A DNA stretch of 64,000 bases from an uncultured Gammaproteobacteria bacterium (GCA_963773065.1 CAVYZN010000008.1:160001-224000), one strand, 5' to 3'. Numbered from the stretch's first letter, positions 26,614 through 38,559 are shown. Program-made: numbers and translations. Notes: generated by a model from the sequence alone, not told the origin.

Positions 26614-27270
26614 ATGAAACCACAACAAATCCCGAAATTTGCGTTGTCCGCCGCGGTGATTACCCTGGCACTCGCGGGAGCAGTCAGCCTGCCCGGAACC
26701 GCCCTTGCCGAGGAAGCCGCTCAGGCCACGGCTCCCGCCCCTGCCGCGGCCGCCCCGCCAGCCGCACAGCCCGCGCCACCCGGCCCTGCCACGGCCGCGC
26801 CAGACGCCCAGCCACCGGCAACTGCACCGGCCGCGTCCGAAGCAGCCGCGCCACAAGCCGCACCGCCAGCGGAAGCGGAAGCGGAAGAAAATAAAGCCGC
26901 CGGTCCCCGCTCCGGTTCATCGAGTAGCTACTACCGCAATCGTGATCGCTTCCGCGAACGCATGGAAGCCCAGCGGGAAGCCCGCCAGCAGGCCCTGGAA
27001 CAGTATCGCAGCGCCCGCCGCTGGTGGAGCAATCCCTATGCGGAACAACGCCGCCTCTGGAACAAGGCGCGAGCCGAGTGGTACCAGAACCAGGCCGAGC
27101 AGCGCCGGCAATACTACGAGCAGCACCAACCCGCCTACGGCTACGAGTATGAGGAGCCCGGCTACGACTATGAGTATTCTTACGGTCCCGATTATTACTA
27201 CGGGCGCAGCAATACCAGCCCAGGGCGCTGGAACGACGTTCCCTATGGTGGTTGGGGTCCCGGGTACTGA
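26614..27270 (+). CDS. Exported low-complexity protein (Ala/Pro linker, Arg/Gln helix, Tyr/Gly tail)
   Basis: GGAGG RBS, signal peptide ending ALA-EE. Confidence 0.7.
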   Translation: MKPQQIPKFALSAAVITLALAGAVSLPGTALAEEAAQATAPAPAAAAPPAAQPAPPGPATAAPDAQPPATAPAASEAAAPQAAPPAEAEAEENKAAGPRSGSSSSYYRNRDRFRERMEAQREARQQALEQYRSARRWWSNPYAEQRRLWNKARAEWYQNQAEQRRQYYEQHQPAYGYEYEEPGYDYEYSYGPDYYYGRSNTSPGRWNDVPYGGWGPGY

Positions 27271-27361
27271 TTCCCGCCCGCACGCAACCGACCCGTACGC
27301 CCCGGACCCGGGGCGGCGGGAGGTAGGCCCCCGCCGTGTTACCTATACCGGCCACGACACA

Positions 27362-29214
27362 TCACGGCGACAGGCCGGGGTACTGCAGATCCTGCAGCGT
27401 GAGCGGCGGTACGTAGACGCCCAGCGGCTTGCTGGTCCACCACTGGCCGGTTTTGCGTTTCATTTCCGGCGTAGCAAAGTTATACAGTTCCAGGCGCGCC
27501 CGCAGGTATTTGGGCGGCTGGTCCGGAAAAGGATTGTTGTCGAGCAGCGCAAGCACATCCGGCGAGCCCTCCAGCAGGCAGCGCATGAAATCATAAAACC
27601 AGTAGGCCACGCGCGAATTCGGCGGATACAGGGCGGCGAACCACATCTGCCAGTCGAGGCGCGGTTGATGGGGCACGACGAACGGCGGCCGGCGCGTGAG
27701 TTCTCCCGGTTTGTATTTGAATCCGTAGGTCTTCCACTCCTTGCCATCGGAAGACCCCTCGACCACCAGCTCCGGTCGCGTCGTAGTCACGATGGGAAAC
27801 ACGTGATAATTGTTGACGATATGCCATTGCACCAGCACCCGCACGAGCGGCTCGTTGAAGGCGGGTAGCGCACGCCCCGTCGTCGTGGACCACATCATGC
27901 TGAGCGTGCTCGACACGATCACCACGGCGAGCAGACCGGCGAACGCATTGGCGAAACGCCCCGGCACCGGCGTGACGACCCGCAGGAAAACCCGCCTCAT
28001 CGACCGGGCGGCCGCCTTCGGCCATTCCTCGTGACGCAGCCAGCGAAACGCCCGGTCGTCAAACAGCAGCAGGCACAGGACGATGGTGAGCAGGTTGAAG
28101 AAGTTGTGGTTGCTCGTCAGCATGATGAGCACCTGCATCAGTATGGTGGTCCAGGCCGCGAACACTCGCGGGCGCCGCGGCAGGAACATCATGAAAGGCA
28201 CCAGCAATTCGACGAAAAAGGTCCAGCCGACCCCCACCCGCAGCAGCCACTCCGGCAGTTGGTGGGCGTACCAGGCGCCGATGTGCGGCAGTGGCTGGGT
28301 CTCGAAATAGTAGTCGAGCGCGGTGAAGTTGGCCCAGGCCTCGTCGCCGCTGGTCAGCTTGGACAGACCGGAGAGAAACCGCAACCTGAACAGCACCCAG
28401 TGCAGCAGGAAGAGTATGAACGGCGACCCATAGGGAAGAAAGATCGCCAGGAAACCGGCCTCAAGCAGCAGGGAATCCCACTGGAAATTGAAGAAGACCT
28501 GTCCGGCATATACCACGGAGAGGTAAAGCAGGAACAGCAGGGGCAGCATGAGCCGCGACAGGATGTTAGCGAACAGCAGCAGGGAGGCGCCCACGCCAAA
28601 GAGAGAGACCGCTTTCAGCGCCGTGTTGCCGGATCCAGCCAGAACACGCTGGGAAATATCCAGTAGGCGTTGCTTCCGTATTGCGCGGCCATGGCCTTAA
28701 GGTCCGCCTGTACCGGCAGGATGCCCTGACTGCCGACCAGTCCCTCGGCCTGCAGGCCGAAGGAGGCGAAGGCGGCCAGGTAGATCAGCGCCAGGCCGCG
28801 CAGGAACAGCCAACTGACGAGATGGTATTGCGCGGGATAGCGCTCCCGCCCCCAGCACAGGCGCGCCAGGCGGTGTGCCCCCACCCGGTGGCGCGACACG
28901 AAACGATACAACGCCTCGCTGAGCCGTGAACAACCCGGCAGATGACGATAACAGCCCAGTGCCGCCGTGCGCCCGCCTGCGGCGAGCACCCGGAATGCCG
29001 CCTCGGCCCCGCTGTAGCGCTGCCCTTCCGGGGTCAGCAGTTGAATGGAACGGGCAAACTCCCCGGGCGTAATCCCGGGATAGCGGCCGGCGACCGCCTG
29101 ATACGGCTGATAGTCGACGGCATCCCCGGTCAGGCGCTGCCAATAGCGCACCTGGTAGGCGCAGAAGGCGCACTCGCCGTCGTAGATCAGTACCGGTCTG
29201 TTCGTGTCTTGCAT
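27362..29214 (-). CDS. DCC1/DUF393 thioredoxin-like domain fused to lipase maturation factor (frameshift ~28610)
   Basis: IYDGECAFC; QWDSLLLEAG, YFETQPLP, PHQPRLDWQMWF. Confidence 0.85.
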
Positions 29215-29430
29215 ATCCTTGCGATGGCGAGCCGGAGGCGGTCTGGACACCCATTACTATAGTCGCGCCGGTGCAGCCGCGCTAATTTCTCGCGCGCGTG
29301 CTGCTTGGCGCCGGGGCCGCCGGGCATGTCGTCTGTCTGATATACATCAACAGCGAATGCGGGGGTATGCACTATGCTTTACACAGCCATGAGTTGCATG
29401 AGAGGCATTTTTTCTGGTTCATCGAGGCGC

Positions 29431-30170
29431 ATGAAAACACGGCGCGGAGCGCTTGCCGCCATGCTCTGCACGCTGAGCGCATCCGTCAGTATGGCCGGCC
29501 CCGGCGACGATCCGTACCGGGCGGCGCGCCTGGCCATGGTGGAGGAAATCGCGGCGGATGTTCGACTGACCAGTGAGTCGCTCAATAAGGAGACGCTCGA
29601 CCCCAGGGTCCTTGAAGCCATGGCGACCGTGCCACGGCATGAACTGGTGCCCGAGGAGTTGCGGGACGTGGCCTATGAAAACCGACCGCTGCCGATCGGC
29701 CACGGACAGACCATCTCCCAGCCTTACATCGTGGCGGTCATGACGGATCTCCTTAAACCGCAACCCACGCAGCGCGTGCTCGAGATCGGCACCGGTTCCG
29801 GCTACCAGGCGGCCATCCTGGAGCAATTGGCGTGGAGGTTTATACCATCGAGATTATCGCGGCACTGGGCGAGCAGGCCCGCGATAATCTCGACCGTCTG
29901 GGTTATAAAAATATCGAGGTGCGCATCGGCGACGGCTACAATGGCTGGGAGGAACAGGCGCCGTTTGATGCCATCGTGGTGACGGCGGCGGCCAGCCATA
30001 TCCCCCCGCCGCTGATCAAACAACTGAAGAACGGCGGTCGCATGGTTATACCCGTTGGCAGCCGCTTCATGGTCCAGCAACTGCTGCTGGTGGAAAAAGA
30101 TCAGGCCGGCGAGGTGATCACCCGCCAGATACTGCCGGTGCGCTTCGTGCCCCTGACGGGTATGCATTAG
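29431..30170 (+). CDS. pcm: Protein-L-isoaspartate O-methyltransferase (frameshift ~29830)
   Basis: [41 protein letters not shown]. Confidence 0.9.
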
Positions 30171-30183
30171 GCAAGTTCTGATG

Positions 30184-30272
30184 TGTCGTCATTGCGAGGA
30201 ACAAAGTGACGAAGCAATCTCTAAGCAGTCGATCCTAAACCAGGAGATTGCCGCGCTGCGCTTGCAATGACA
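30184..30272. repeat. REP-like palindrome GTCATTGCGAG...GAAGCAATCTC...GAGATTGC...GCAATGAC
   Basis: Nested inverted repeats directly after the pcm stop. Confidence 0.7.
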
Positions 30273-30341
30273 ACTATCTATCAATTAATCAGAGATTCCT
30301 TAGCACGCCCGTGCCTGGCGGCAGCGATAACCTCCCCCGTG

Positions 30342-32781
30342 ATGCCGGTTACCGATGTCGCCCCCGAGGACATCCCACACCTGCCCGGCGTTTCGGTGGC
30401 CCTGATTTCCGCCGCGGCGCTGGCTTACGAAGTCCTGTTGATGCGCCTGTTCTCGATCATCCAGTGGCATCATTTTGCCTACATGATCATCAGCCTGGCC
30501 CTGCTCGGCTATGGCGCCAGCGGCACCTTCATCACCCTGGCAGGTCCTTTCCTGTTGCGGCGTTTCAACCGGTCCTACTGGCTCTGTCTCGCCCTGTTCG
30601 GCCTGTCCGCCGTCGCCTGTTATCTGCTGGCGCAGCGATTACCCTTCAACGCCGAGGAAGTGCTGTGGGACTGGCGCCAGCCGCTGCGCCTGCTCGCACT
30701 CTATCTGCTCCTGGCGCTGCCCTTCTTCTTTGCAGCATGCGGCCTCGCGCTGGCGCTCACTCGCTACGGGAAGGACGTGTCGAGGATCTATGCGGCCGAC
30801 CTGCTGGGGGCCGGCGCGGGCAGCCTCGGCATCGTGTTGCTGCTGTTTGGCGTAGTTCCCGGCACCGCCCTGAAATTCATCGGCGCACTCGGGCCGCTCT
30901 CCGCGTTTGTTGCAACCCGGGAGCTGCGCATGGCGCAGCGCCGCTGGCCGGTCATGGCCCTGCTGGGCGCGGCGCTGCTGATCGCCTTGCCTGGCACGTG
31001 GCTGGAACTGCAGATCTCGCCCTACAAGGGACTGCCCCAGACACTGCGCATCACCGGCACGCGGGTCATCGCGGAACGTTCCAGCCCGCTCGGTCTGCTG
31101 ACGGTGGTGGACAGTCCGCGCATCCCGCTGCGCCATGCGCCCGGCCTGAGCCTGTTAGCGAGCGCCCCGATTCCCGCGCAGCTCGGCCTGTTCACCGATG
31201 CGGACAGCATGACGGCGATCAACCAAAATCCCAGGCAGCAGCGACTGGATTACCTGGAAGCGCTGACCTCCGCCCTGCCCTATTACCTGGCGGAGCCGAA
31301 ACATGTGCTGGTCCTGGGCGCCGGAGGCGGAACCGAGGTGCAGCAGGCGCTCAACCACGGCGTGCCGCGGGTCGATGCGGTTGAACTCAACCCCCAGGTC
31401 ATCGAACTCGTCCGGGACGACTTCGGTGACTACGCGGGACGGCTCTATGAACGCGACGGCGTACAGGTGCATATTGCCGATGCGCGCGGGTTCATCAGGG
31501 AGAGCCGGGAGCGCTACGATCTGATACAGATCAGCCTGCTGGATGCCTACGGCGCATCCAGCGCCGGCCTCTACGCGCTGAACGAGAGTTATATCTACAC
31601 CGTCGAGGCTCTGCGGGATTACCTGAAGCGGCTCACGCCCGGCGGCTGCCTCGCGATCAGCCGCTGGATCAAGCTGCCGCCGCGCGATTCGCTGAAGCTG
31701 TTCGCCACCGCGGTACGCACTCTCCGGGAAAACGGCGTTGCCGCGCCGGCGCAGCAACTGGCGCTGATCCGCGGCTGGCAGACCAGCACGCTGCTGGTAA
31801 AGAACACACCCTTTACGGCGCGGGAGATCGCGAAAATGCGCGACTTCTGCAAGGCGCGTGCGTTTGATGTCGCCTGGTATCCGGGCATGACGGAAGCCGA
31901 GGCCAATCGTTTCAATATCCTGGAACAGCCGTATTTCTTCCGGGCCGCCACGGCCCTGAGCGGCAGTGACGCTGCGGACTTCATGGCGCGTTACAAGTTC
32001 TACATCACGCCCGCCACGGATGACCGGCCCTATTTCTTTCACTTCTTCAAGTGGGAAATACTCCCCGAGATCCTGGCCCTGCGCGGCCAGGGAGGACTGC
32101 CGCTGCTGGAGGCGGGTTATCTGGTGATGGTGGCGACGCTCCTGCAGGCGATCGTCTTCAGCAGCCTCTTCATCCTGCTGCCGCTGTGGATGCTGCGGCG
32201 GGTGACGCCGGCGCCGCCGTCTGAGATTCGGCCCATTCGCATCGTGCTGTATTTTTTCGCCATCGGGCTGGCGTTCCTGTTCATCGAGATCGCCTTCATC
32301 CAGAAATTCATCCTCTTTCTGCATCACCCGCTCTATGCCGTGGCCACGGTACTGACCGCTTTCCTGGTCTTTGCCGGGCTGGGCAGCGCCGCCTTATCCC
32401 GTCTCCGCGAGGATACCGTCTCCCCTCTCCCGGCTGGCCGGCAGGGCCGTGGCCGGCATCATCGTGCTCGGCCTCGCCTACGGCTTCCTGCTGAGTCCCT
32501 TGTTCGACAACCTGATGAGCCAGTCCATGGCATTGCGGGTACTCGTCACCGTGCTGCTGATCGCACCCCTGGCTTTCTGCATGGGCATGCCGTTTCCCCT
32601 CGGGCTGGCGCGCATCGGCGCAGGGTTGCCCGGTTACATACCCTGGGCTTGGGGCATCAACGGCTGCGCCTCGGTCGTGAGCGCGGTCATGGCGTCCTTG
32701 CTTGCGATCCAGTTTGGCTTTACGTTTGTCATCATCTCGGCATTGCTGTTGTACCTGGCGGCGGCAATGACGTTTCCCTGA
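30342..32781 (+). CDS. Membrane-embedded spermidine synthase-like SAM-dependent transferase (frameshift ~32430)
   Basis: Many TMs, VLVLGAGGG, DAVELNP, PATDDRPYFF, WAWGINGCASV. Confidence 0.85.
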
Positions 32782-32875
32782 AAGGCGCGCGTACCCCATG
32801 ACGCAGCGCACGACATGGCCAAGCTTATGTCGCCTACCGCCGGGTACAGCGTTACGCACAAGAGAGATACTCGTT

Positions 32876-33067
32876 ATGCGCCTGCACGGTCCCAACCTGT
32901 CTGAAGAACCGGAGATTCCGCCGGGATCACCGCCGGAGGAACCGCCGCCCGAGGTGCCGCCCGGCATTCCGCCGCAAGGGCCGCCCGAATCCACGCCCGA
33001 GCCACCGCCGGAAATAGCGCCCGGACAGCCGATGGAGATTCCGCCATACACGCCGTGGGAAATCTGA
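32876..33067 (+). CDS. Putative Pro/Glu-rich microprotein
   Basis: 63-aa ORF with repeated PEIPP/PEVPP. Confidence 0.4.
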   Translation: MRLHGPNLSEEPEIPPGSPPEEPPPEVPPGIPPQGPPESTPEPPPEIAPGQPMEIPPYTPWEI

Positions 33068-33217
33068 CGCCGCCTTTTGCTATAACCTGTTGTAATGTCA
33101 GTAAACCCTGACAGGCGCTTCCGGTTCCCGAAGAAATCCGTATGATGGCCGCCGCAAGCAGCCGGCCGTATCGCCGGTTTTTTATGATCAACCAACGACA
33201 CCGATCCGGAGAGCGGC

Positions 33218-33499
33218 ATGGCATCAAACCCCGACGAACTGACAGTGACTTATGAAGAGGACGGCATCGAAACCGTCAAGGAACTGGATAAGGAAATCCT
33301 CAGCAAGGGCGCCTGGTGTACGATAATTTTCCGCTACCAGGACTGGGACCGCGCGAAACAGCACTACGGTCCGGATAAATATTCGATTCGCCGTTACCAG
33401 AAGCGGGGCGGCGAGTACCAGCAGAAATCCAAGTTCAACATCTCCAGCAAGGACCAGGCCGAGAAGATCATCGCGGCGCTGGAGAAATGGATCAAGTAA
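33218..33499 (+). CDS. Small conserved hypothetical protein
   Basis: KELDKEILSKGAWCTIIFRYQDW...QKSKFNISSKDQA; good RBS. Confidence 0.8.
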   Translation: MASNPDELTVTYEEDGIETVKELDKEILSKGAWCTIIFRYQDWDRAKQHYGPDKYSIRRYQKRGGEYQQKSKFNISSKDQAEKIIAALEKWIK

Positions 33500-33680
33500 G
33501 CGGCCATTCCTTTCCGTTGTTAAGACCATCACGAGTAATGGAGCGATCGGCCGTCACGGGCGCATCATGCGCACCGGGCATGGCAGGTTTATTAACAGGG
33601 AATAACGGTGTCTTCGGATCGGCAACGGTGTGCAGCAAGGCCGGCGCGAGGCTTACTCCGACAACCGGAACGGCCTCAGG

Positions 33681-33857
33681 CTATTCCTCGGTCAACACGT
33701 CGTAGATCTGCTCCTTCAGTATTTCCTCTTCGCGCATCTCTTCAAGCCGGCGCCGCGCCAGTGCCCGGCGCAGCGCCTTGAGTGCGGCAAGGCCCTTGCG
33801 GCGTCCTTTGCCAGACTTACGTTTGCCGAAAACCCTGTCGTGAGTTGCAACGCTCAT
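33681..33857 (-). CDS. 58-aa basic helical protein (PA3496-like C-terminus), not in ORF track
   Basis: MSVATHDRVFGKRKSGKGRRKG...ARRRLEEMREEEILKEQIYDVLTEE. Confidence 0.55.
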   Translation of the reverse strand: MSVATHDRVFGKRKSGKGRRKGLAALKALRRALARRRLEEMREEEILKEQIYDVLTEE

Positions 33858-34099
33858 GCTACACCCCCCATTGTGCGATCCGGAAAAGTAACGGATATAG
33901 CTGCACCATGAAGGACGTATCGGCCACCGCAGGATGGCCCTTTAGTTGACATCCCCGCGCCCCATTTGGCTCCCGCCAGACTCGATAGGGAGGCGATCAC
34001 GGGCTTGCGGCCATGGAAACCGAAAATGCCATACTCAAGCGGCATTTTAGGTATAAACTTTCAGGGAACTCACAGGCAGGACGAAGGTTCCAAACGGTT

Positions 34100-34684
34100 A
34101 TGATGAAGCGTCCCGTGAATCGACTCATGCTCCTCGGCTGGTGTTGTCTAACGGCGCTGCTGGCGTCTGTGGCGCACGCGGAAGCGATCTATACGTGGGT
34201 GGACGGCTTCGGTGTTACCCACTTCAGCGAAACCCCGCCGCTGGATCCCGCTGTTCAACCCGCCATGATCGAGGTTACGCCTCCACCGCCGGGACCGCCG
34301 CCGGAATATGACGATTACTACTCCGTCATCCGGCAAGCGGAACGCATGGAAAGACGCCGCCTGGAGAACGAGAAACTCGAGGCGGAACGCCTGCAGGCCG
34401 AGGCGGAGGCGCTACGCGCCCGGATGGAGGCCGAGCAGGCCATGCAACCGCCCGAGAACTATGCGGACGAAGATTCCCAGTACCTGCCCGTTTACCCTTA
34501 CTATCCGTACTATCGCCCGGGGTATGGCGACAAACCCTGGCGCCCCGGCAACTGGCCGGGTCGGCCCGGACATTGGCCCGATCAGCCCGGGCACTGGCCG
34601 GGGCAGCCCGACCACCTGCGCCCGGGGTTCGGCTTCAGGCCGGCGCCGCATCGCGTCATCAGCGCCATTCCACCGAAGCCCTGA
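34100..34684 (+). CDS. DUF4124 domain exported protein
   Basis: Signal peptide then IYTWVDGFGVTHFSETPP; coiled coil; WPG repeats. Confidence 0.8.
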   Translation: MMKRPVNRLMLLGWCCLTALLASVAHAEAIYTWVDGFGVTHFSETPPLDPAVQPAMIEVTPPPPGPPPEYDDYYSVIRQAERMERRRLENEKLEAERLQAEAEALRARMEAEQAMQPPENYADEDSQYLPVYPYYPYYRPGYGDKPWRPGNWPGRPGHWPDQPGHWPGQPDHLRPGFGFRPAPHRVISAIPPKP

Positions 34685-34834
34685 CATCACACGGCGCATT
34701 CCGGGCGGGTTGGGCACATTATTTCCTTTGCAGCATTAATGAAATCAACCCGGTCTGCGGCTGAGTCTTAGCGCCGCACGCCCGGAGGCGTTAAGATACC
34801 GGCAAGGCGGCGCGCGCCACCCGTTGGATCGGCC

Positions 34835-35104
34835 ATGAGCAACGAAGACGACAGCCTGTTCGAGTTTCCCTGCGACTTCCCCATCAAGGCGATGGGAAGG
34901 GCGGGCCGTGACCTGGATATGACCGTGGTCGGCATCGTGCGCCGGCATGCACCCGACATCAGCGAGGGCAAGGTCTACACGCGCGACAGCGCGCAGGGAA
35001 ACTACACCGCGGTGACCGTCATCGTCCGCGCCACCAGCCGGGCGCAACTGGACGCGATCTACCAGGACCTGGTCGACTGCGCCGATGTCATCATGGCGCT
35101 TTGA
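34835..35104 (+). CDS. ybeD: YbeD/DUF493 family protein
   Basis: EFPCDFPIKAMG, QLDAIY; upstream of lipB. Confidence 0.9.
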   Translation: MSNEDDSLFEFPCDFPIKAMGRAGRDLDMTVVGIVRRHAPDISEGKVYTRDSAQGNYTAVTVIVRATSRAQLDAIYQDLVDCADVIMAL

Positions 35105-35173
35105 ATGACGGTCATGACGGTCATGTCCGCCCTGCCCGATTACCCACGCGCACCGCGACCGCCCGCCCTGTAG

Positions 35174-35782
35174 GTGCGCCACTGGGGTCTGGCCGACTAT
35201 GCAACCACCTGGCGGGAAATGCAGTCATACACCGCCGCACGCACGGTGGAATCGGCGGATGAGCTGTGGTTCCTGCAGCACCCGCCGGTATTCACCCTCG
35301 GGCGCAACGGTGTAACGGAACATGTGCGCGAGACGGGAAACATCCCCGTCATCCACGTGGATCGCGGCGGGCAGGTCACCTATCACGGCCCCGGCCAACT
35401 GGTGGTGTATGTGCTGCTCGACCTGAACCGCCGCCGGCTGGGCATACAATCGCTGGTGCGCGCGCTGGAGCAGGCGGTGATCGACCTGCTGGCGGATTAT
35501 TCGCTCTCCGGCAGGCGACGCGTGAAGGCGCCGGGGGTCTACGTGGACGGGCGCAAGATCGCCGCGCTGGGGCTGCGCGTCAAACGCGGCTGCTCCTATC
35601 ATGGCCTCAGCCTCAACGTGGACATGGATCTGGCGCCATTTTCACTGATCGACCCGTGCGGCTTCCCCGGTCTAGAAGTCACTCAGCTCGCGGATCTGGG
35701 CGTAGCCGCACCGCTTGATGCCGTGACGGTGCGGTATCAGGAACACCTTGAACGCTTGTTGAGCAGGCCAGACCATGAGTGA
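35174..35782 (+). CDS. lipB: Octanoyltransferase LipB (start uncertain)
   Basis: [36 protein letters not shown]. Confidence 0.95.
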   Translation: MRHWGLADYATTWREMQSYTAARTVESADELWFLQHPPVFTLGRNGVTEHVRETGNIPVIHVDRGGQVTYHGPGQLVVYVLLDLNRRRLGIQSLVRALEQAVIDLLADYSLSGRRRVKAPGVYVDGRKIAALGLRVKRGCSYHGLSLNVDMDLAPFSLIDPCGFPGLEVTQLADLGVAAPLDAVTVRYQEHLERLLSRPDHE

Positions 35783-36713
35783 CAGTGACATAAAACAGCG
35801 CGGTGCGGCCAAGACCGCGCGCATCCCGATCAAGATCGAGACCACCACGCGGCCGTTGCGCAAGCCGCAGTGGATCCGCGCCCGCTCCCCGGCCAACCCG
35901 GCGGTGGGGCGGCTCAAGGGCGTGCTGCGCGAGAACCGCCTGCACACGGTGTGCGAGGAGGCCTCCTGTCCGAATATCGGCGAGTGCTTCGCCGGCGGCA
36001 CGGCGACCTTCATGATCATGGGCGACATCTGCACACGGCGCTGCCCATTCTGCGACGTCGCCCACGGCCGGCCTCAGCCGCTCGATGCGGACGAGCCGGA
36101 AAACCTGGGGCGCACCATCCGCCAGATGGGCCTGCGCTACGTCGTGGTCACCTCGGTGGACCGCGATGACCTGCGCGATGGCGGCGCGGCGCACTTCGCC
36201 GCCTGCATCGAGGCAATCCGCCGGCACAGCCCGGCGATCCGGGTGGAGGTGCTGGTGCCGGATTTCCGCGGCCGCATGGACCGCGCGTTGGAGATCCTCA
36301 ACCACTCCCCGCCGGACGTCTTCAACCACAACCTGGAAACCGTGTCACGGCTGTATAAAAAGGTCCGGCCCGGCTCCGATTATGCCTGGTCGCTGGATCT
36401 GCTGCGGCGCTTCAAGGCCCTGCATCCGCATGTGCCCACCAAGTCGGGCCTCATGCTGGGCGTCGGCGAGACCCTCGAGGAAGTGGAACAGGTGATGCGC
36501 GACCTGCGCGGCCATGGCTGCAACATGCTCACCCTCGGCCAGTACCTGCAGCCGAGCGTGCATCACCTGGCGGTGGAACGCTATGTCCACCCGGATGAAT
36601 TCGACCGCCTCGGGGTACTCGGCTATGAACTCGGCTTCAGCCACGTCGCCAGCGGTCCCATGGTGCGATCCTCGTACCACGCCGACCGGCAGGCGCATGA
36701 GGTCGTCGGCTGA
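35775..36713 (+). CDS. lipA: Lipoyl synthase
   Basis: [24 protein letters not shown]. Confidence 0.97.
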   Translation: MSDSDIKQRGAAKTARIPIKIETTTRPLRKPQWIRARSPANPAVGRLKGVLRENRLHTVCEEASCPNIGECFAGGTATFMIMGDICTRRCPFCDVAHGRPQPLDADEPENLGRTIRQMGLRYVVVTSVDRDDLRDGGAAHFAACIEAIRRHSPAIRVEVLVPDFRGRMDRALEILNHSPPDVFNHNLETVSRLYKKVRPGSDYAWSLDLLRRFKALHPHVPTKSGLMLGVGETLEEVEQVMRDLRGHGCNMLTLGQYLQPSVHHLAVERYVHPDEFDRLGVLGYELGFSHVASGPMVRSSYHADRQAHEVVG

Positions 36714-36737
36714 CAGAACGCCGCAGCGTCGGCGTGC

Positions 36738-38285
36738 TCACGCAACCACCAGGCACACCCCGCCGCGGCGCGGGTCGCCGGCGCCGCGCCGGCTCGCGCC
36801 CTCGCGCACCACGGTGTGCGCGCCGCCGAAGAACAGGTTGAGATCTTCCCAGAGGTGATGGGAGGGATACGCCGCGAGCAGCTCGCCCAGGCGCTCCGTC
36901 TCGAAGCCACCCTCGACGCTGAGATGCCCGTCCTCGAGATGGATACGCGGGGCGGTGACCGCTTCTTCGACGTCCATGCCGAAGTCGACCAGGTTAGAGA
37001 CCACCTGCAGGATGGCGGAGCGGATGCGGTTGGAGCCGCCGGAGCCGAGGGCGGCCACCCGGCCGTCGGGGAAATTGAGCAGCGTCGGCGCCATCATGGA
37101 GGTCATGCGGGTGTCCGTGGGCCAGCGGTGGAAGCCGCCCGGGTTGAGGTCCTGCTCGCCGAGCATGTTGTTCAACATGATGCCGGTGCCCGGTATCAGG
37201 CAGCCGGAGCCCTCCCCGTTCGAGATGCTGAGCGAGGCGACATTGCCGCGCGCGTCGATGACGCCGATGTGGGTCGTGCCGCGCCGGGCCGGCGCGTGCC
37301 CGGCGAGCAGGCGGCGGTAGCGGGCGATGAAGTCCGGATCCAGCAGCAAGGCATCGTCCGGGTGGACCGTCGACCCGTGCGCGCAGGCCGCCAGGCGCGC
37401 CTCCTGCGTCAACGCCAGCACGCGCGCCAGCCTTGTCAGATGACCGGCGCTGCCGAAGCCCGCCGCGGCGATATCGGCGGCGGCCAGCAATTGCAGCTCG
37501 AAGGCGACCAGCAAACCGCCCGAGGCGGGCGGCGGATTCGTGGACAGCCGCACACCGCGGTAATCGAGGGCGAGCGGCCGGCGCGGGATCATCGCGTAGC
37601 CGGCCAGATCCTCGGCCTCGAGGTGGCCGCCCGAGCGCATGTCGCGCACGATCGCCGCCGCGATCTCGCCGCGGTAGAAGAGGTCCTCGCCCTCGACGGC
37701 CAGGCTCTCCAGGGTGTCGGCCAGCGCCGGCTGGCGCAGCGTCTCGCCCTCGCCGAGCAGACGTCCCGCCTCATTGTGACTGCCGTAGATGTTCATCGCG
37801 GCGGGGCTCGATCGATAGATGGCCGCGATGATGCCGAAGATGTACGCCTGCAGGGCATGCACCCTGATGCCCTCGTGCGCGTGGCGCACGGCCTGGTGGA
37901 GGATGTCGCGCATCGGCAGGCTGCCGAGGTCGCGGTGCGCCGCGAACAGCCCGCGCACCATGCCCGGCGTGGCGACCGCGCCCTGGCCGATATGGAACTC
38001 CTGCGCCGCCGTGCCGAAATCGGCGATGATGGGCCGGAAGTTGAGCTCGGACGCCTCGCGCCGCCGGCGTGGCGTCTGCACGAAGAAGTCATAAAGGCGC
38101 GCCGCCTCCCGCTCCGGCTGCGCCAGCAGGAACCCGCCGCCGCCGAGGGAAGCGAGCGCCGGCTCGACCACGCAGGCCGTGGCGAGCGCCGCCAGCGCCG
38201 CATCGAAGGCGTTGCCGCCGGCGCGCAGTATCTCCGCGCCGCTCTGCGCCGTCAGTTCATGTCCGGCCGCGATGACCCCGCTCAT
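36738..38285 (-). CDS. ggt: Gamma-glutamyltransferase family
   Basis: GGNAFDAA, GTTH, LNNMLGE, SMMAP, GSGGS, GDPRRGG. Confidence 0.88.
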   Translation of the reverse strand: MSGVIAAGHELTAQSGAEILRAGGNAFDAALAALATACVVEPALASLGGGGFLLAQPEREAARLYDFFVQTPRRRREASELNFRPIIADFGTAAQEFHIGQGAVATPGMVRGLFAAHRDLGSLPMRDILHQAVRHAHEGIRVHALQAYIFGIIAAIYRSSPAAMNIYGSHNEAGRLLGEGETLRQPALADTLESLAVEGEDLFYRGEIAAAIVRDMRSGGHLEAEDLAGYAMIPRRPLALDYRGVRLSTNPPPASGGLLVAFELQLLAAADIAAAGFGSAGHLTRLARVLALTQEARLAACAHGSTVHPDDALLLDPDFIARYRRLLAGHAPARRGTTHIGVIDARGNVASLSISNGEGSGCLIPGTGIMLNNMLGEQDLNPGGFHRWPTDTRMTSMMAPTLLNFPDGRVAALGSGGSNRIRSAILQVVSNLVDFGMDVEEAVTAPRIHLEDGHLSVEGGFETERLGELLAAYPSHHLWEDLNLFFGGAHTVVREGASRRGAGDPRRGGVCLVVA

Positions 38286-38456
38286 GGACCGTCGTTATCC
38301 CTTACCGTGACCCGGTAGGCATGATACCGGAGCGCGGCGCCGGGCCGCAGTAAATCTCACGGACAAGCATCGCGGGCGGATCCGCCCCATCAATGGTCAC
38401 CCGGTGATTTCAGGATGCGAATGCCTGCACTGATAGCGCCAAGCTGCAGTGGCTCA

Positions 38457-38559
38457 GTCCCGGGATGGGCTTGCCGGAACCGTGTGAATCGCCAGGACGG
38501 CGGCACGCGCGCCTACAGGGACGTATTCACGGCGTGTTCCGACAAGCCCATCCCGGGAC
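38457..38559. repeat. Long hairpin element with TACAGGGACGTATTCAC core (copy 1)
   Basis: 24-bp arms with 1 mismatch; core shared with 58252-58353. Confidence 0.8.

Noticed and set aside
34540-34620. WPG tandem repeats as a DNA repeat array
   Set aside because: Degenerate coding repeats in a low-complexity protein tail.
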